From Terriglobales bacterium (lineage in GTDB: Bacteria; Acidobacteriota; Terriglobia; Terriglobales; SCQP01): 64,000 nt of DNA. Location: positions 68,209 through 132,208 of the forward strand of contig DATNFK010000009.1 in NCBI GenBank assembly GCA_035606395.1. The letters are read 5' to 3'. Shown here piece by piece: positions 48,088 through 58,740 of this stretch. Position 1 is the first letter of the stretch. Each line of letters opens with the position of its first letter. The notes below the pieces were generated by a model. The model was not told the origin of the DNA. It saw nothing but the letters and a program-made list of their open reading frames with translations, and ran no database searches. A program made the translations under genes and the position numbers.

Positions 48088-51000
48088 ATGACACTTCAAA
48101 ATTGTCGCTTCCTCCGTTTCAGTGTGGTAACACTTGCTCTCCTGCTCTGCGCCATGGTCGGCATGGCCCAGACCAACACCACCGGCGCGATCAGCGGCAC
48201 CATTACGGATGCCAGCGGTGCCTCCATCCCCGGCGCGGTCATCACCGCCACCAGCGTGCAAAACGGCACCGTCTTTCACGCTGACACGCAGGCCAACGGC
48301 GGCTATATCATCCCGCTGCTGCATCCCGGAACCTACAATATCGTCGTCACCCACACCGGCTTCCAATCCGCCAAGCAGGGCCCGGTGACCGTCACGGTCG
48401 CCGGCAACGCGTCCCTCAATTTCAAGCTGTCACCCGGCCAGACCAGCCAGGTCGTCGAAGTTACCGGACAGGCGCCGTTGCTCGAGCCTGAGAATCCCAA
48501 CACCACCACCACGCTCGACGCCAAGGCGATTGATAGTCTGCCTGATCCCGGCAACGATTTGACCTTCCTTGCGCAAGTCGCCCCCGGCGCCGTCATCACC
48601 AAGGGCGCGACCTCGCCGTCGTACATCGCCGCCGACTACAACGGCCTTCCCGGGACCGGCGTCAACTTCACCATTGATGGCGCCAGCTTAACGATCCCTT
48701 CCTGGGCATCAACGAAACCGGTCCCACGAATCTCTCGCTGGGCGCGAATTCCATTCAGGAAGTCTGCGTCAATACCAATGCGTTCTCAGTCGATCAAGGC
48801 CGCTCTGAGGCCGGGCAAATCAACTATGTCAGCAAGCACGGTACCAACCAGGTGCACGGCAATCTGCAGTATCAGTGGAACGGGCGCGTGCTCAACGCCT
48901 ACGACACATTCGTGAAAATGCAGCCGGTCACGCCGACCAGCCCGCTGCCCTCCAAGCCCTTCGACAATGTCAATAACTATTCAGGCAGCATCGGCGGGCC
49001 GGTCATGCACAATAAGCTGTTTTTCTTTGTGGATGACGAAGGCGCCCGCATTGACTTGCCCGAAGTCATTACCAATGTTTCGCAGCCGACACCAGCCTAC
49101 ATCAAATACGCCGCCACCCAGTTGGCCCAGGGCGGGTGCGAAACCAGCCTCAACTATTTCGTGCCCAGCAGCGGCCCGGCCACCGGCAATTGCGCGGCCA
49201 GCAAGGCTACCCAGCCCGGCGTCGGCAACGGCAACTATCTTTATCTGCCGCCCGCCACCGGACCCAATGCGCCTGCCGGCGTCAATGAGGCGCCGTTTCA
49301 ACAACACGAGCTCTCACTTTACAAGAACGTCACCGGCGGAAGCGGCCTGCAGTTGACGCCAGTGCCCCAACTCGGCTGCAACCTGCTGGCTGACGGCACT
49401 GTGGATCCGGCATTCAATCCTCAACTCGCCGCCGGACAGAAAAAGGGCGACGCCAACCTGCTGCCCGACGACACTGGATGCACCACCAGCGGCACCTTTA
49501 CTGGCACCAACCTGACCTGGGAAAACAAGCTCGTGACCCGCGCCGATTTCAATCCCAACGCGGCCAACTCCTTCTGGTTTAACTACACCAACGATCGCGG
49601 CCTTCAGGCAACCGGCTTGAGCCCGATCAACCCCGTGTTCAACGAAGATTCATTCCAGCCGGAATGGTCCACCAGCGCCGATTGGACGCGGGTGCTCAGC
49701 CCGGCGCTGGTTAACGATCTGACCCTGAGCGCCGGGTGGTACAGGGCGCCGTTTGTCTACGCCAACGAGGCCGCCGAGCAAGCCGCGGCGCCGGTGGCTT
49801 ACAGCACACCTTGGAATTCTCTGGGTTCCACCAGCACGCCCCAAGGCCGCGATGTCACCAATTGGGCGATCATTGACACCCTCAATTGGACGCATGGAGC
49901 GCACCAATTTAAATTGGGCGAAAACTTCAACCGTGAAGACGTCACCGACTATGACTTTGAGGGCTCCGCGGTGACGCCCTCTGTTTCCTCCGGCAGTCTT
50001 GCCGAGTTCGATTATGGTGTTGCGACGTCCGGCGGCTTGGCCTTCCCGCTCAGCACTGATCAACCGGTGCGCATTTTCAGCATCGACGCGTTTGCTGGCG
50101 ACACCTGGCAAGTCAGCCGAAAATTCACCTTCATCTACGGCGTCCGCACCACCTACAATTCAAACCCCAAGGATCCTCAAGGCGTATTGGGCAACCCGCA
50201 AGATTTCGAATTGATGAATCATTCTTTGACGGTATCGCCCGCGTCGCAGATCGCCGGTAGCTCGCAACTGTGGAATTCAGTTACCGGGATGCAGTGGCAG
50301 CCGCGCGTCGCATTTTCCTACCAGCCCTTCGAGAACACGATCGTTCGCGGTGGCTACGGATTGTTTGCCCAGGTACCGGTCGCTTCGGCGCTCGATAGCA
50401 TGGCGCGCAACCAGCCCTTTGATCCATCCTTCACCGCCGGATACGGTTCCGGCAACTTGGGTGCCGTCGCGCCCAACCAGGGTAGCAACGGCTGCCCGTT
50501 CGCCATTGTGAATAGCGGTTCGCCTCTCTGCGGCGCCTATGCCGATCCCAGCCAGCCGTTTAGCACCGTGGTCGCAACTCGGACGGCTGACCAGGGCTAC
50601 CAATCAGCGTTCGCCAAGCAGGCACTCTCCTGCGCCGCGTTCTCCACCCCCCAACCCAGCGGCACCTGCATTCCCGTCAGTAGCTTGACCATCCAGCCGG
50701 CGAAGGGATTGAATGCTCCTTACGCCGAGGAGTGGAGTTTTGGCCTCGAGCATCAAATCGGTCGCAACATGGCGGTCAACGCGAAATACGTCGGAAACCG
50801 CAGCCTGCATAACGGCTTCAGCGTTGATCCGAACGCCTATGAGACGGCTTGCCCCGGCTGCTTCGCTCCTTTCACCTACTCGGCAAAGGGTGTCGCCGGT
50901 AGCCCCGATCCGCGTTTTACCTCCATTAGCCAGGCGCGCTACGACGGCTACACCACCTACAACGCGCTGCAATCCGGCTTCAACGTTCGCAGTTTCCATG

Positions 51001-51791
51001 GCTTGACATTGGGACTGAATTACGCATGGGCCCACGGTCTTTCCACCGGCACGCCCTTTGGCGACACCAGCCCTCTCGCCTATACTTATCGCGACACCAC
51101 CGGTTTGCCAATGCAAACTCTGAGCGCCAACTACACCTATTCGCTACCCTGGCACTTCGGTAATCGCTTACTCGGCGAGGCCGTCAACGGCTGGCAAATT
51201 TCCGGCGCCACCTTCTCGCAAAGCGGCGACCCGATCTTCATCACTGGCGCGAGTGTTTCTTCAGTATTGTTCCAATCGAGCGGACCCACCACCACGGCTT
51301 ACATTCTCCCGGGCGTTTCGCCCTACTCGAAGAATGTGCCCGCCGCGAAGATGACCACCGGCCATTACCAATGGCTGAACCCGAATGCCTTTGCTTCCGC
51401 TTTTGACAGCCAAACGAAGAAGTGTACTGATCCTTCGACCATGACGACCGACGTTGCGGTGAATACGGCGGCTGCCTGTCAGTTCCCGGCCACCGAGGCT
51501 GCGACGTTCTGGGGCCCTGGCTTCCAGTGGACGAACTTCTTCCTTACCAAGACGTTTAATGTCACCGAACGAACCCAGTTCCGGTTTGACGTACAAGCCT
51601 ACAATCTCTTCAACCATCCCAATTACGCGCAGCCGAGCTCGACCGCGCCCACGCCCAGCCAGCTCTCGACCTTCACGAATGCGGGCGCCATCAGCCGTCT
51701 GGCAAGCCCGGCTGACGGTTTGCTGGGCAATGGACTGGGCGGCGACTCCGCACCTCGCATGATCGCCTTCGAAGGCAAGATTATCTTTTAG
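48088..51791 (+). pseudogene. CarboxypepD_reg / TonB-dependent-receptor-like outer membrane protein, split by a 1-nt frameshift near 48688-48690
   Basis: Frame A (48088 onward) gives a signal peptide, then GAISGTITDASGASIPGAVITATS and NFTIDGAS. The sequence continues in the frame of track ORF 48852..51791 as NDPFLGINETGPTNLSLGANSIQEV...GTNQVHGNLQYQWNGRVLNAYDTF. That frame opens only at a TGA at 48675-48677. Confidence 0.7.
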
Positions 51792-51947
51792 CTGGCTGTC
51801 AATCGTGATGGTAAAACTGCTCCGATCCAGTTCGACCACCGCCCTCGGAGCCAAGCTGAGCCAGGAGCTGCCGTGCTGACCGGCGGCACCGGTGCTGGTG
51901 GTTCACCCCTCGACGGGACCGGATTGCGGCCGTTGAAAACTAAATTT

Positions 51948-53573
51948 ATGTCGCACCTTCATCGCCTTTACTTTGGCTGCTTTGTCCTGGCATTGGCCGC
52001 TACCGCCGCGGCCGCACAATCCACACCCCCTACGTTGCCCGTCACCAGCAACCCGGCGGTCGCGCACGATGTTTCGCTGCCGCTTTCCGCCTTGATCGCC
52101 CAGGCCCCGGCGCCAACGCCGCCGCGCCCGCGCGTTGTTCCCACCGGCGCGCGCCGCACGCCTCCGCCGCCGCCCGCCCCCGTGGTGCCGCCTCCGGTTG
52201 ATCCCGCCGCCGCGGCGATCGAACAGACCACCGTCGGAACCCGTCCCGCCGCCGCCCTGGTCGCCAGCTTTGATGGATTGACCGGCCGCAATCCCAGCGA
52301 CAACAGCCTGGCCATCGGCCCCGACGCCATTCTCCAAACTGTCAACTCCAACCTGGCGATCTATTCCAAGACCGGCGACCTACGCTATGGCCCCATCATC
52401 AGCCGCACCGTCTTCAACGGTTTCAAGGGCGAGTGCGGCGAGGTCGGCTTCGGCGATGTCGTCGTGCGTTACGATCAACTCGCCAAGCGCTGGGTTTTCG
52501 TCATGCCGATTTTTCGCAAGCCGACCGGCAGTACCGACACCACTCCCTACGGTATGTGCTACGCCGTCAGCGCGACCAGCGATTTACTCGGCCGCTATTA
52601 CCGTTACGATTTTGCCCGCACTCTTTTCCCCGACTATCCCCGGCTCGGCGTCTGGCCCGACGGATACTATCTCGGCACCTCGACCGGCGATACCGTGATT
52701 CAAAAACACGCCTGCGTCGCCGATCGTACCGCCATGCTCAAAGGGCGTGACGCCCGCGAACAGTGCGCCATCGCCGACGGCATCAACTTTTTGAACCCCG
52801 CCGACATTGAAGGACGCGCCACCCCGCCCTCAGGCGCTCCGAATCTAATGTTCGCCGGCGGCGGCACCCAGCTCCACAACGATTTTGAAAGCAGCTCGAT
52901 CTTCTACTACAAATTTCACGTTGACTGGAAGCAGCCCTCGCGCTCCACCTTCCAGGGGCCGTACTCGATCGCGGTCGCGCCCTACCATTACCTTTGCAAC
53001 GGCCAGCTCACCAGTTGCGTCCCGCAGCCCGGGACCGAAAACCGTCTTGACGCCCAGGGTGACAAGCTAATGCAGCGCCTGGTCTATCGCAAGATCGGCA
53101 AGCGCGAACTGCTCCTGGTCGAGCACTCGGTCAACACCGCCGATGGCGGAGGAGGCGTGCGCTGGTACGAACTCCAGCTCGACCCACAGCGCAATCCGGT
53201 TTTAGTGCAGCAGGGAACGTACGCTCCCAAAGATTCGGGCGAAAGCAGTTTCCGCTGGATGGCCAGCCTGGGCCTCGACCATGCCGGCAACATTGCCGCC
53301 GGCTACTCCTTCGGCGACGCCAAAACGTTCGCTGGCCAACGCTTCTCCGGGCGACTGGCGAGTGATCCTCCCGGCAAATTCACCCTGGCCGAAACCGTCT
53401 TGGCCGAAGGTGGCGCGGCCCAGACCAATACCGTTCGCTGGGAAGACTACACCACCATGGACGTCGACCCCAGCGACGATTGCACCTTCTGGTACGTCGG
53501 CGATTACCTCAAGCCCAACGCCACGAGCTACACCACCCGCATCGGCGCCATCCGCCTCCCCGGCTGCCATTAA
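51948..53573 (+). CDS. secreted hypothetical protein (Pro-rich linker then ~430-aa globular region)
   Basis: The ATG at 51948 gives MSHLHRLYFGCFVLALAATAAAAQ. I recognised no family. Confidence 0.6.
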   Translation: MSHLHRLYFGCFVLALAATAAAAQSTPPTLPVTSNPAVAHDVSLPLSALIAQAPAPTPPRPRVVPTGARRTPPPPPAPVVPPPVDPAAAAIEQTTVGTRPAAALVASFDGLTGRNPSDNSLAIGPDAILQTVNSNLAIYSKTGDLRYGPIISRTVFNGFKGECGEVGFGDVVVRYDQLAKRWVFVMPIFRKPTGSTDTTPYGMCYAVSATSDLLGRYYRYDFARTLFPDYPRLGVWPDGYYLGTSTGDTVIQKHACVADRTAMLKGRDAREQCAIADGINFLNPADIEGRATPPSGAPNLMFAGGGTQLHNDFESSSIFYYKFHVDWKQPSRSTFQGPYSIAVAPYHYLCNGQLTSCVPQPGTENRLDAQGDKLMQRLVYRKIGKRELLLVEHSVNTADGGGGVRWYELQLDPQRNPVLVQQGTYAPKDSGESSFRWMASLGLDHAGNIAAGYSFGDAKTFAGQRFSGRLASDPPGKFTLAETVLAEGGAAQTNTVRWEDYTTMDVDPSDDCTFWYVGDYLKPNATSYTTRIGAIRLPGCH

Positions 53574-53613
53574 CGAGCAAGATTCGGCGGGCTTATTTCG
53601 GGTACAATCCCGT

Positions 53614-56256
53614 ATGCTTGCCCCCGGCACCCGCCTCGGTCCGTACGTGATTGCCGGCCCCTTGGGGGCGGGCGGCATGGGCGAAGTTTACCGCGCACAC
53701 GACTCCCGGTTGCAGCGCGAGGTTGCGATCAAAGTTTTACCCGCCGCGCTCGCCCACGATCCCGAAGCGCTGCGCCGGCTGGAGCAGGAGGCGCGCGCCG
53801 TTGCCGCGCTCAACCATCCCAACCTGCTCACCGTTCACGATGTCGGCACGACGCCTGAAGGGTCCCCCTTTCTGGTTTGCGAATTGCTTGAGGGCGAGAC
53901 GCTGCGCGAGGCCTTGGCGTCAGGGCCGGTGGCCCAGCGCCGCGCCGTGGACTATGCCGTCCAGATTGCCCGGGGCCTCGCCGCCGCCCACGAAAAAGGA
54001 ATCGTTCACCGCGACCTCAAGCCTGCCAACATCTTCATCACCAAGGATGGCAGGATTAAAATCCTCGACTTCGGCCTGGCCAAGTTGATCGAGCGCGCCG
54101 CCTCGGATGAGCGTACTGTTGCCGTCGGCCTGGCTGTGGGCGACACCGCTCCCGGCATGGTGCTCGGCACCGCCGCCTACATGTCGCCCGAGCAGGCGCG
54201 CGGACAGGCCGCCGATCAACGCAGCGACATCTTCAGCTTCGGTGCTGTGTTCTACGAAATGCTGTCGGGCCAGCGCGCCTTCCGCGGCGATACCGCCGCC
54301 GATATCATTAGCAGTATTCTGCGCGAGGAGCCGCCGGAGCTTGCGACCACAAAGACCGCGGGTTCGGCAATTACTTCGCCGGCGTTGGAACGCGCCCTCG
54401 ACCGAATCATCCGCCACTGTCTCGAGAAATCTCCCCAGCTTCGCTTCCAATCGGCGGGTGACATTGCCTTCAGCCTGGCCGACCTCAGCCAGGCGACCAC
54501 CGGCTCGGAATGGGCGCAGACCGGCCCCGACGCCGTTTCGTTCTTCACCCCCCGGCGCATCGGCTTCTCTGCCGTCGGTCTCTCCGGCCTCCTCCTGGCG
54601 GTCGTCGCCACCTGGATGCTGGCGGCCAACCGCGCGCCGTCCGCCCCGGCATTCCGCCGCCTAACCTACGAACAGGGCATCATCAACCGCGCCCGCTTTG
54701 CCGGCGATAGCCAGGACGTGATGGGCTCCGGGCGCTGGAACGAAGCGGCGGCGAACACGTTGTTTTCTGTCCGTGCCGATCTCACCGGTTTGCAGGAGCT
54801 GCCCGTCCGGCCGGCTCAGATTTTGGCCATGGGCCACGAGCAGGTTGCTGTGCTCTATGATCTTCATGGCCTGGGCGGCTATTCACTGTATGGCACTTTG
54901 GCGGTGATGCCGCCGAGCGGCGGTCAGCCGCGCCCGATGCTCGATTCAGTCCAATTCGCTGACTTTGCGCCGGCCGGTGATTTGGCTATTACCCGTTTTC
55001 ATCCCGACAGCAGCACGTTCACTCTCGAATATCCAGTTGGGACAGTGTTGTACCGCAATGGTGGTTGGATTGGCGATCCCCGTTTTTCACGTGATGGCAA
55101 AAGCATCGCCTTTATTGACCATCCCAATCTCGGCGATGACTTGGGGCGCATCGCGGTCGTCGCGCTGGCCAGCCGGAAGAAACTGGATCTGACCCCTCTC
55201 TACGCCACCGCCCAGGGGTTGGCCTGGTCGCCGTCAGGCCGGGAAATCTGGTTCACCGCTTCGAATACCATTGATCGCACGCTCCGCGCCGTCACCCTCT
55301 CCGGTAAGGTGCGGTCGCTGTATGAGAGCGCCGGGAATCTCACCATCCAGGACACTCTCGCCGATGGCCGGGTTCTGCTCACGGCTACCAGCCAACGGCA
55401 GTACCTGAAAGTGGTGACCGCGCAACAGCCGCGGCCCCATGAAATGTCGGTGCTCGACTGGCCTCAAACCGCGGCCATTTCCGGCGACGGACGTCAGTTG
55501 CTGGTCGGCGATGAAGACGCGGGCACTCATTACTCCACCTATCTCCGTCCGATCGGCGCCCCCGCCGGCAGTGATGCCCCGATTCGTTTGGGCGACGGTG
55601 ACCCAATTGCGCTTTCGCCCGACGGCAAATGGGCGGTGAGTGTCGTGCCGTCCACGCCGGCGCAGCTCTTACTGTTGCCGACCGGCACGGGGAATCCGAT
55701 GCCTGTAGTCTCGAACATAGATTTCTCCAATAGTCAATTCGGCGCATGGCTTCCCGACAGCAGCGCCTTTCTTGCCTCCGGCAACGAACCCGGTCACCCG
55801 CTGCGCACCTTCCGAGTCGGCGTTAATGGCGCCGTCGCCCCGTTGACAAGCGAAGGCGTCATTGCCATTCTTTACACGCCCGACGGCAAGGCACTGGTGG
55901 AAAGGAAACTTGGCGTTCCCGGTTATTTCATCGCACCCATCGTCGGCGGTCCGCCGCAAGCCATTGTCGGCTTACAAGCCCGTGAGATCCCGATTCGTTT
56001 TAGTGCCGACGGCAAGTCGCTGTTCGTCAGTCGCGCACCGGCGACGGAAACTCAGGACATGGTTGACCTCACATCGCAGCTCTGGCGCATTACACTCGCT
56101 TCCGGCCAGCGCACGCTCCTCGCCTCCGCCACGCCGGATGGCGTTGCCGGCTCGAATGCGGCGCGCATTCTCTCCGTCTCCGGCGACGGAACCGTCTTCG
56201 CCTACCTCTACGGCCAATCCCTCTCCACCCTCTACCTCGTCACCGGCCTGCGCTAA
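53614..56256 (+). CDS. Ser/Thr protein kinase with one TM helix and C-terminal TolB-like beta-propeller repeats
   Basis: The ATG at 53614 gives MLAPGTRLGPYVIAGPLGAGGMGEVYRA, followed by HRDLKPANI and DFGLAK. Propeller repeats include SRDGKSIAF, SPDGKWAV and SADGKSLF. Confidence 0.9.
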   Translation: MLAPGTRLGPYVIAGPLGAGGMGEVYRAHDSRLQREVAIKVLPAALAHDPEALRRLEQEARAVAALNHPNLLTVHDVGTTPEGSPFLVCELLEGETLREALASGPVAQRRAVDYAVQIARGLAAAHEKGIVHRDLKPANIFITKDGRIKILDFGLAKLIERAASDERTVAVGLAVGDTAPGMVLGTAAYMSPEQARGQAADQRSDIFSFGAVFYEMLSGQRAFRGDTAADIISSILREEPPELATTKTAGSAITSPALERALDRIIRHCLEKSPQLRFQSAGDIAFSLADLSQATTGSEWAQTGPDAVSFFTPRRIGFSAVGLSGLLLAVVATWMLAANRAPSAPAFRRLTYEQGIINRARFAGDSQDVMGSGRWNEAAANTLFSVRADLTGLQELPVRPAQILAMGHEQVAVLYDLHGLGGYSLYGTLAVMPPSGGQPRPMLDSVQFADFAPAGDLAITRFHPDSSTFTLEYPVGTVLYRNGGWIGDPRFSRDGKSIAFIDHPNLGDDLGRIAVVALASRKKLDLTPLYATAQGLAWSPSGREIWFTASNTIDRTLRAVTLSGKVRSLYESAGNLTIQDTLADGRVLLTATSQRQYLKVVTAQQPRPHEMSVLDWPQTAAISGDGRQLLVGDEDAGTHYSTYLRPIGAPAGSDAPIRLGDGDPIALSPDGKWAVSVVPSTPAQLLLLPTGTGNPMPVVSNIDFSNSQFGAWLPDSSAFLASGNEPGHPLRTFRVGVNGAVAPLTSEGVIAILYTPDGKALVERKLGVPGYFIAPIVGGPPQAIVGLQAREIPIRFSADGKSLFVSRAPATETQDMVDLTSQLWRITLASGQRTLLASATPDGVAGSNAARILSVSGDGTVFAYLYGQSLSTLYLVTGLR

Positions 56257-57700
56257 TCGCCGGCCTTATAGCACCCCCGCTATCGGCAATCGCGGCGTGG
56301 TGCTTGGCGCCGGAGCCGGTCACGCGCGCGAGCACGGCCTCGAGCAGCGGGGTCATGCGGCGCAGTTGGCGAGCTCGGATCACCACATTCCAAAGCGCCT
56401 CGAAGCGCTTCCATCCCGCCGCGTAAAAGAAATGCTTGGCTTGGTGTTTGACGGAACCATGCGCCAGCGAGGCGCGGGCGATGGCGCCCCAGGTATAAAA
56501 ATCGCGGTAGGCGCGATCGTAGCCCGCTTCGAGCCTCGGCGCGGTCAACTTCGCCGGGCGGTAAACGGCATGGCGCGTATCATACAAATCCCAGTCGCGC
56601 GTGACAATGCGCCCCTCCCGCTCCATCTGCTGCCAGAGCCGCGTTCCTGGATAAGGGGTCTGTATGTGAAAGGTTGCGGTGGTGATGCCTTGGGCGATGG
56701 CCCACTCGACGGTGCGTTGGAATACGTCTTCGTCGTCATCGTCCATGCCGAAGACGAAGCTGCCGTTGATCATGATGCCCAAACTATGCAGGCGATCGCA
56801 CACCGCCTTGTAATCGCGGCCCAGGTTCTGGCGTTTGTTGCTGCCGGTGAGGTTGGCCGGCGACAGTGTCTCGAAGCCGACGAAGAGGCTGCGCAGCCCC
56901 GCCTCGGCGGCGCGTTCGACCAGATCGCCGCGCAGCACAGCGTCCACGGTGGCCGCGCCCTGAAAAAGCCGGCCCATGCCCCGCATGCCATCGAACAGCG
57001 CGCGCGCAAAGCGTATGTCGCCGAGCAGGTGGTCGTCGAGGAAGTATAAATGGCGCCCCGGTAGCCGCGCGATCTCGGCCAGCGCCGCATCCACCCGCTG
57101 CGTGTAGAATCCGCGGCCTCCGCTGAAAAACGCGTCCTTGTAACAGAAGTCGCAGTGCTGCGGGCAGCCGCGCGTTACGACGATTGAATTGGGCACCAGA
57201 TAATTGCGGCGCCGGATCAAATCGCGCCGCACCGGCGGCACCGCCTCCAGGCTGCGTCCCGAGGTTGAACGGTAACGTGGCGCGTAGCCCGCCCGCGCCT
57301 GAAATTCCTTCAGGAATTCCGGAAACGTCTGCTCCCCCGGCCCCAGGAAAATTACGTCCGCATGCGGCGCGGCTTCCTCGGGGAGTGACGTTACGTGAAG
57401 TCCGCCCAGCGCCACGCAGGCGCCGCGGCCGCGGTAAAGGTCGGCCAGACGGTAGGCGCGATAAGCGTTGGTGATGTAGACCTGGATGACCACGAGATCG
57501 AAGTCCCCCTCGACCTCGCGCCGCAGCTCCAGCGGCGCCACGTGCTCGTCCTCAAGTACGGCTTCGTCGTCGCCATTCAAATATCCGGCAAGCGTCGCCA
57601 GGCCGAGCGGTGGAAACAGCGAATACTTCACCGGGCGAAAATACGGGCTGGTCGCCTCGGTCAGCGCCGGCAAGATGAACTTCACCCGCAGCCGCCTCAT
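56240..57700 (-). CDS. class B (B12-binding domain) radical SAM enzyme with DUF4070-like C-terminus
   Basis: The ATG at 57700 overlaps the uppS stop (ATGA). The product has an N-terminal B12-binding-like domain and the CPQHCDFC (CxxxCxxC) cluster motif. Confidence 0.8.
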   Translation of the reverse strand: MRRLRVKFILPALTEATSPYFRPVKYSLFPPLGLATLAGYLNGDDEAVLEDEHVAPLELRREVEGDFDLVVIQVYITNAYRAYRLADLYRGRGACVALGGLHVTSLPEEAAPHADVIFLGPGEQTFPEFLKEFQARAGYAPRYRSTSGRSLEAVPPVRRDLIRRRNYLVPNSIVVTRGCPQHCDFCYKDAFFSGGRGFYTQRVDAALAEIARLPGRHLYFLDDHLLGDIRFARALFDGMRGMGRLFQGAATVDAVLRGDLVERAAEAGLRSLFVGFETLSPANLTGSNKRQNLGRDYKAVCDRLHSLGIMINGSFVFGMDDDDEDVFQRTVEWAIAQGITTATFHIQTPYPGTRLWQQMEREGRIVTRDWDLYDTRHAVYRPAKLTAPRLEAGYDRAYRDFYTWGAIARASLAHGSVKHQAKHFFYAAGWKRFEALWNVVIRARQLRRMTPLLEAVLARVTGSGAKHHAAIADSGGAIRPAISAGR

Positions 57701-58356
57701 CGCCGCCCCAGGCCGGCGACGCTCGCCATCGGAAGGCCGCCAAAGCGCCGCTGGCGGTGCGCGAAGCGGGCGAGCGCCCGGCGCAAATGCCTGCCGGAGA
57801 ACTCCGGCCACGGCACTTTGGTAAAGATCAATTCCGCGTACGCCGATTCCCAGAGGAGGAAATCCGAAAGACGCTGCTCGCCGCCTGTGCGGAGCAGCAA
57901 GTCAACCGGCGGCGCGCCCGCCACCACGGCTGCGCCGGCGCGCTCGATTTCGGCGCGCGACGAATAATCAATGGCCAACCGTAGCCACAGGCGCCGGCCG
58001 CCGGCGGTCGCGCTCTCCGTTGCCGCCATGGCCTCGACTAAGGTGCGGGGCAGACGATCGCGCCGGCCTATGAAGCCGCATCGCACCCCGGCGGCGGCGA
58101 GCCCATCTGTTTCCTGGCGCAAATAGAATTGAAGCAGGCCCAGGATGCCCGCCACTTCGGCAGCCGGGCGGCGCCAATTGTCGCTGGAGAAGGCGTAGAT
58201 CGTCAGCACGCCCACGCCACAGCGGGGCGCCGCCTTGACCACCCGCCGCACCGCCGAGACGCCGGCCTGGTGCCCAGCGCCGCGCGGCCATCCCCGGGCT
58301 TCGGCCCAGCGCCCGTTGCCGTCCATGATGATCGCCATGTGTAAAGAACTTTGCAT
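57697..58356 (-). CDS. uppS: cis-prenyltransferase (undecaprenyl-diphosphate synthase family)
   Basis: Carries AIIMDGNGRWA, FSSDNWRRP and RTGGEQRLSDFLLWESAYAEL. The ATG at 58356 is preceded by GGAGGG. Confidence 0.9.
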   Translation of the reverse strand: MQSSLHMAIIMDGNGRWAEARGWPRGAGHQAGVSAVRRVVKAAPRCGVGVLTIYAFSSDNWRRPAAEVAGILGLLQFYLRQETDGLAAAGVRCGFIGRRDRLPRTLVEAMAATESATAGGRRLWLRLAIDYSSRAEIERAGAAVVAGAPPVDLLLRTGGEQRLSDFLLWESAYAELIFTKVPWPEFSGRHLRRALARFAHRQRRFGGLPMASVAGLGRR

Positions 58357-58380
58357 TGTAAAGTATCCCTCCAAAAAAAT

Positions 58381-58740
58381 TTAGCCCGCGCCCTCGACCG
58401 CCAATTTGCCGAGGCCATGAGGAACGCGAGCGGCGGCCGCATCGGCCACCACGTGCTGGAGCTGGTCGAGATAAACGACGAATCGCGCCCGGCCGCTGCG
58501 CGTCAGCTTGCAGCGCGTCTCCGGGCGCTTCCGCCGGAAGCTCTTCTCGATCGCCACCATGCCGGCGGTCTCGAGCACCGCCAAATGCCGGCTCAGGTTG
58601 CCGTCGGTGAGGCCGCACAACTGCTTGAGGTCATTAAAACGAAGGCCTTGCGGATGCGACGCCAGCGAGGTCACGATTCCCAGCCGCGCGCGCTCGTGGA
58701 TCACCCGGTCTAAGCCGGCGTACTCAAATCGTGCCGCCAT
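58381..58740 (-). CDS. winged-helix transcriptional regulator (HTH_34/ArsR-like)
   Basis: The ATG at 58740 gives MAARFEYAGLDRVIHERARLGIVTSL..LTDGNLSRHLAVLETAGMV. The track ORF start at 58998 is a spurious extension. Confidence 0.75.
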   Translation of the reverse strand: MAARFEYAGLDRVIHERARLGIVTSLASHPQGLRFNDLKQLCGLTDGNLSRHLAVLETAGMVAIEKSFRRKRPETRCKLTRSGRARFVVYLDQLQHVVADAAAARVPHGLGKLAVEGAG

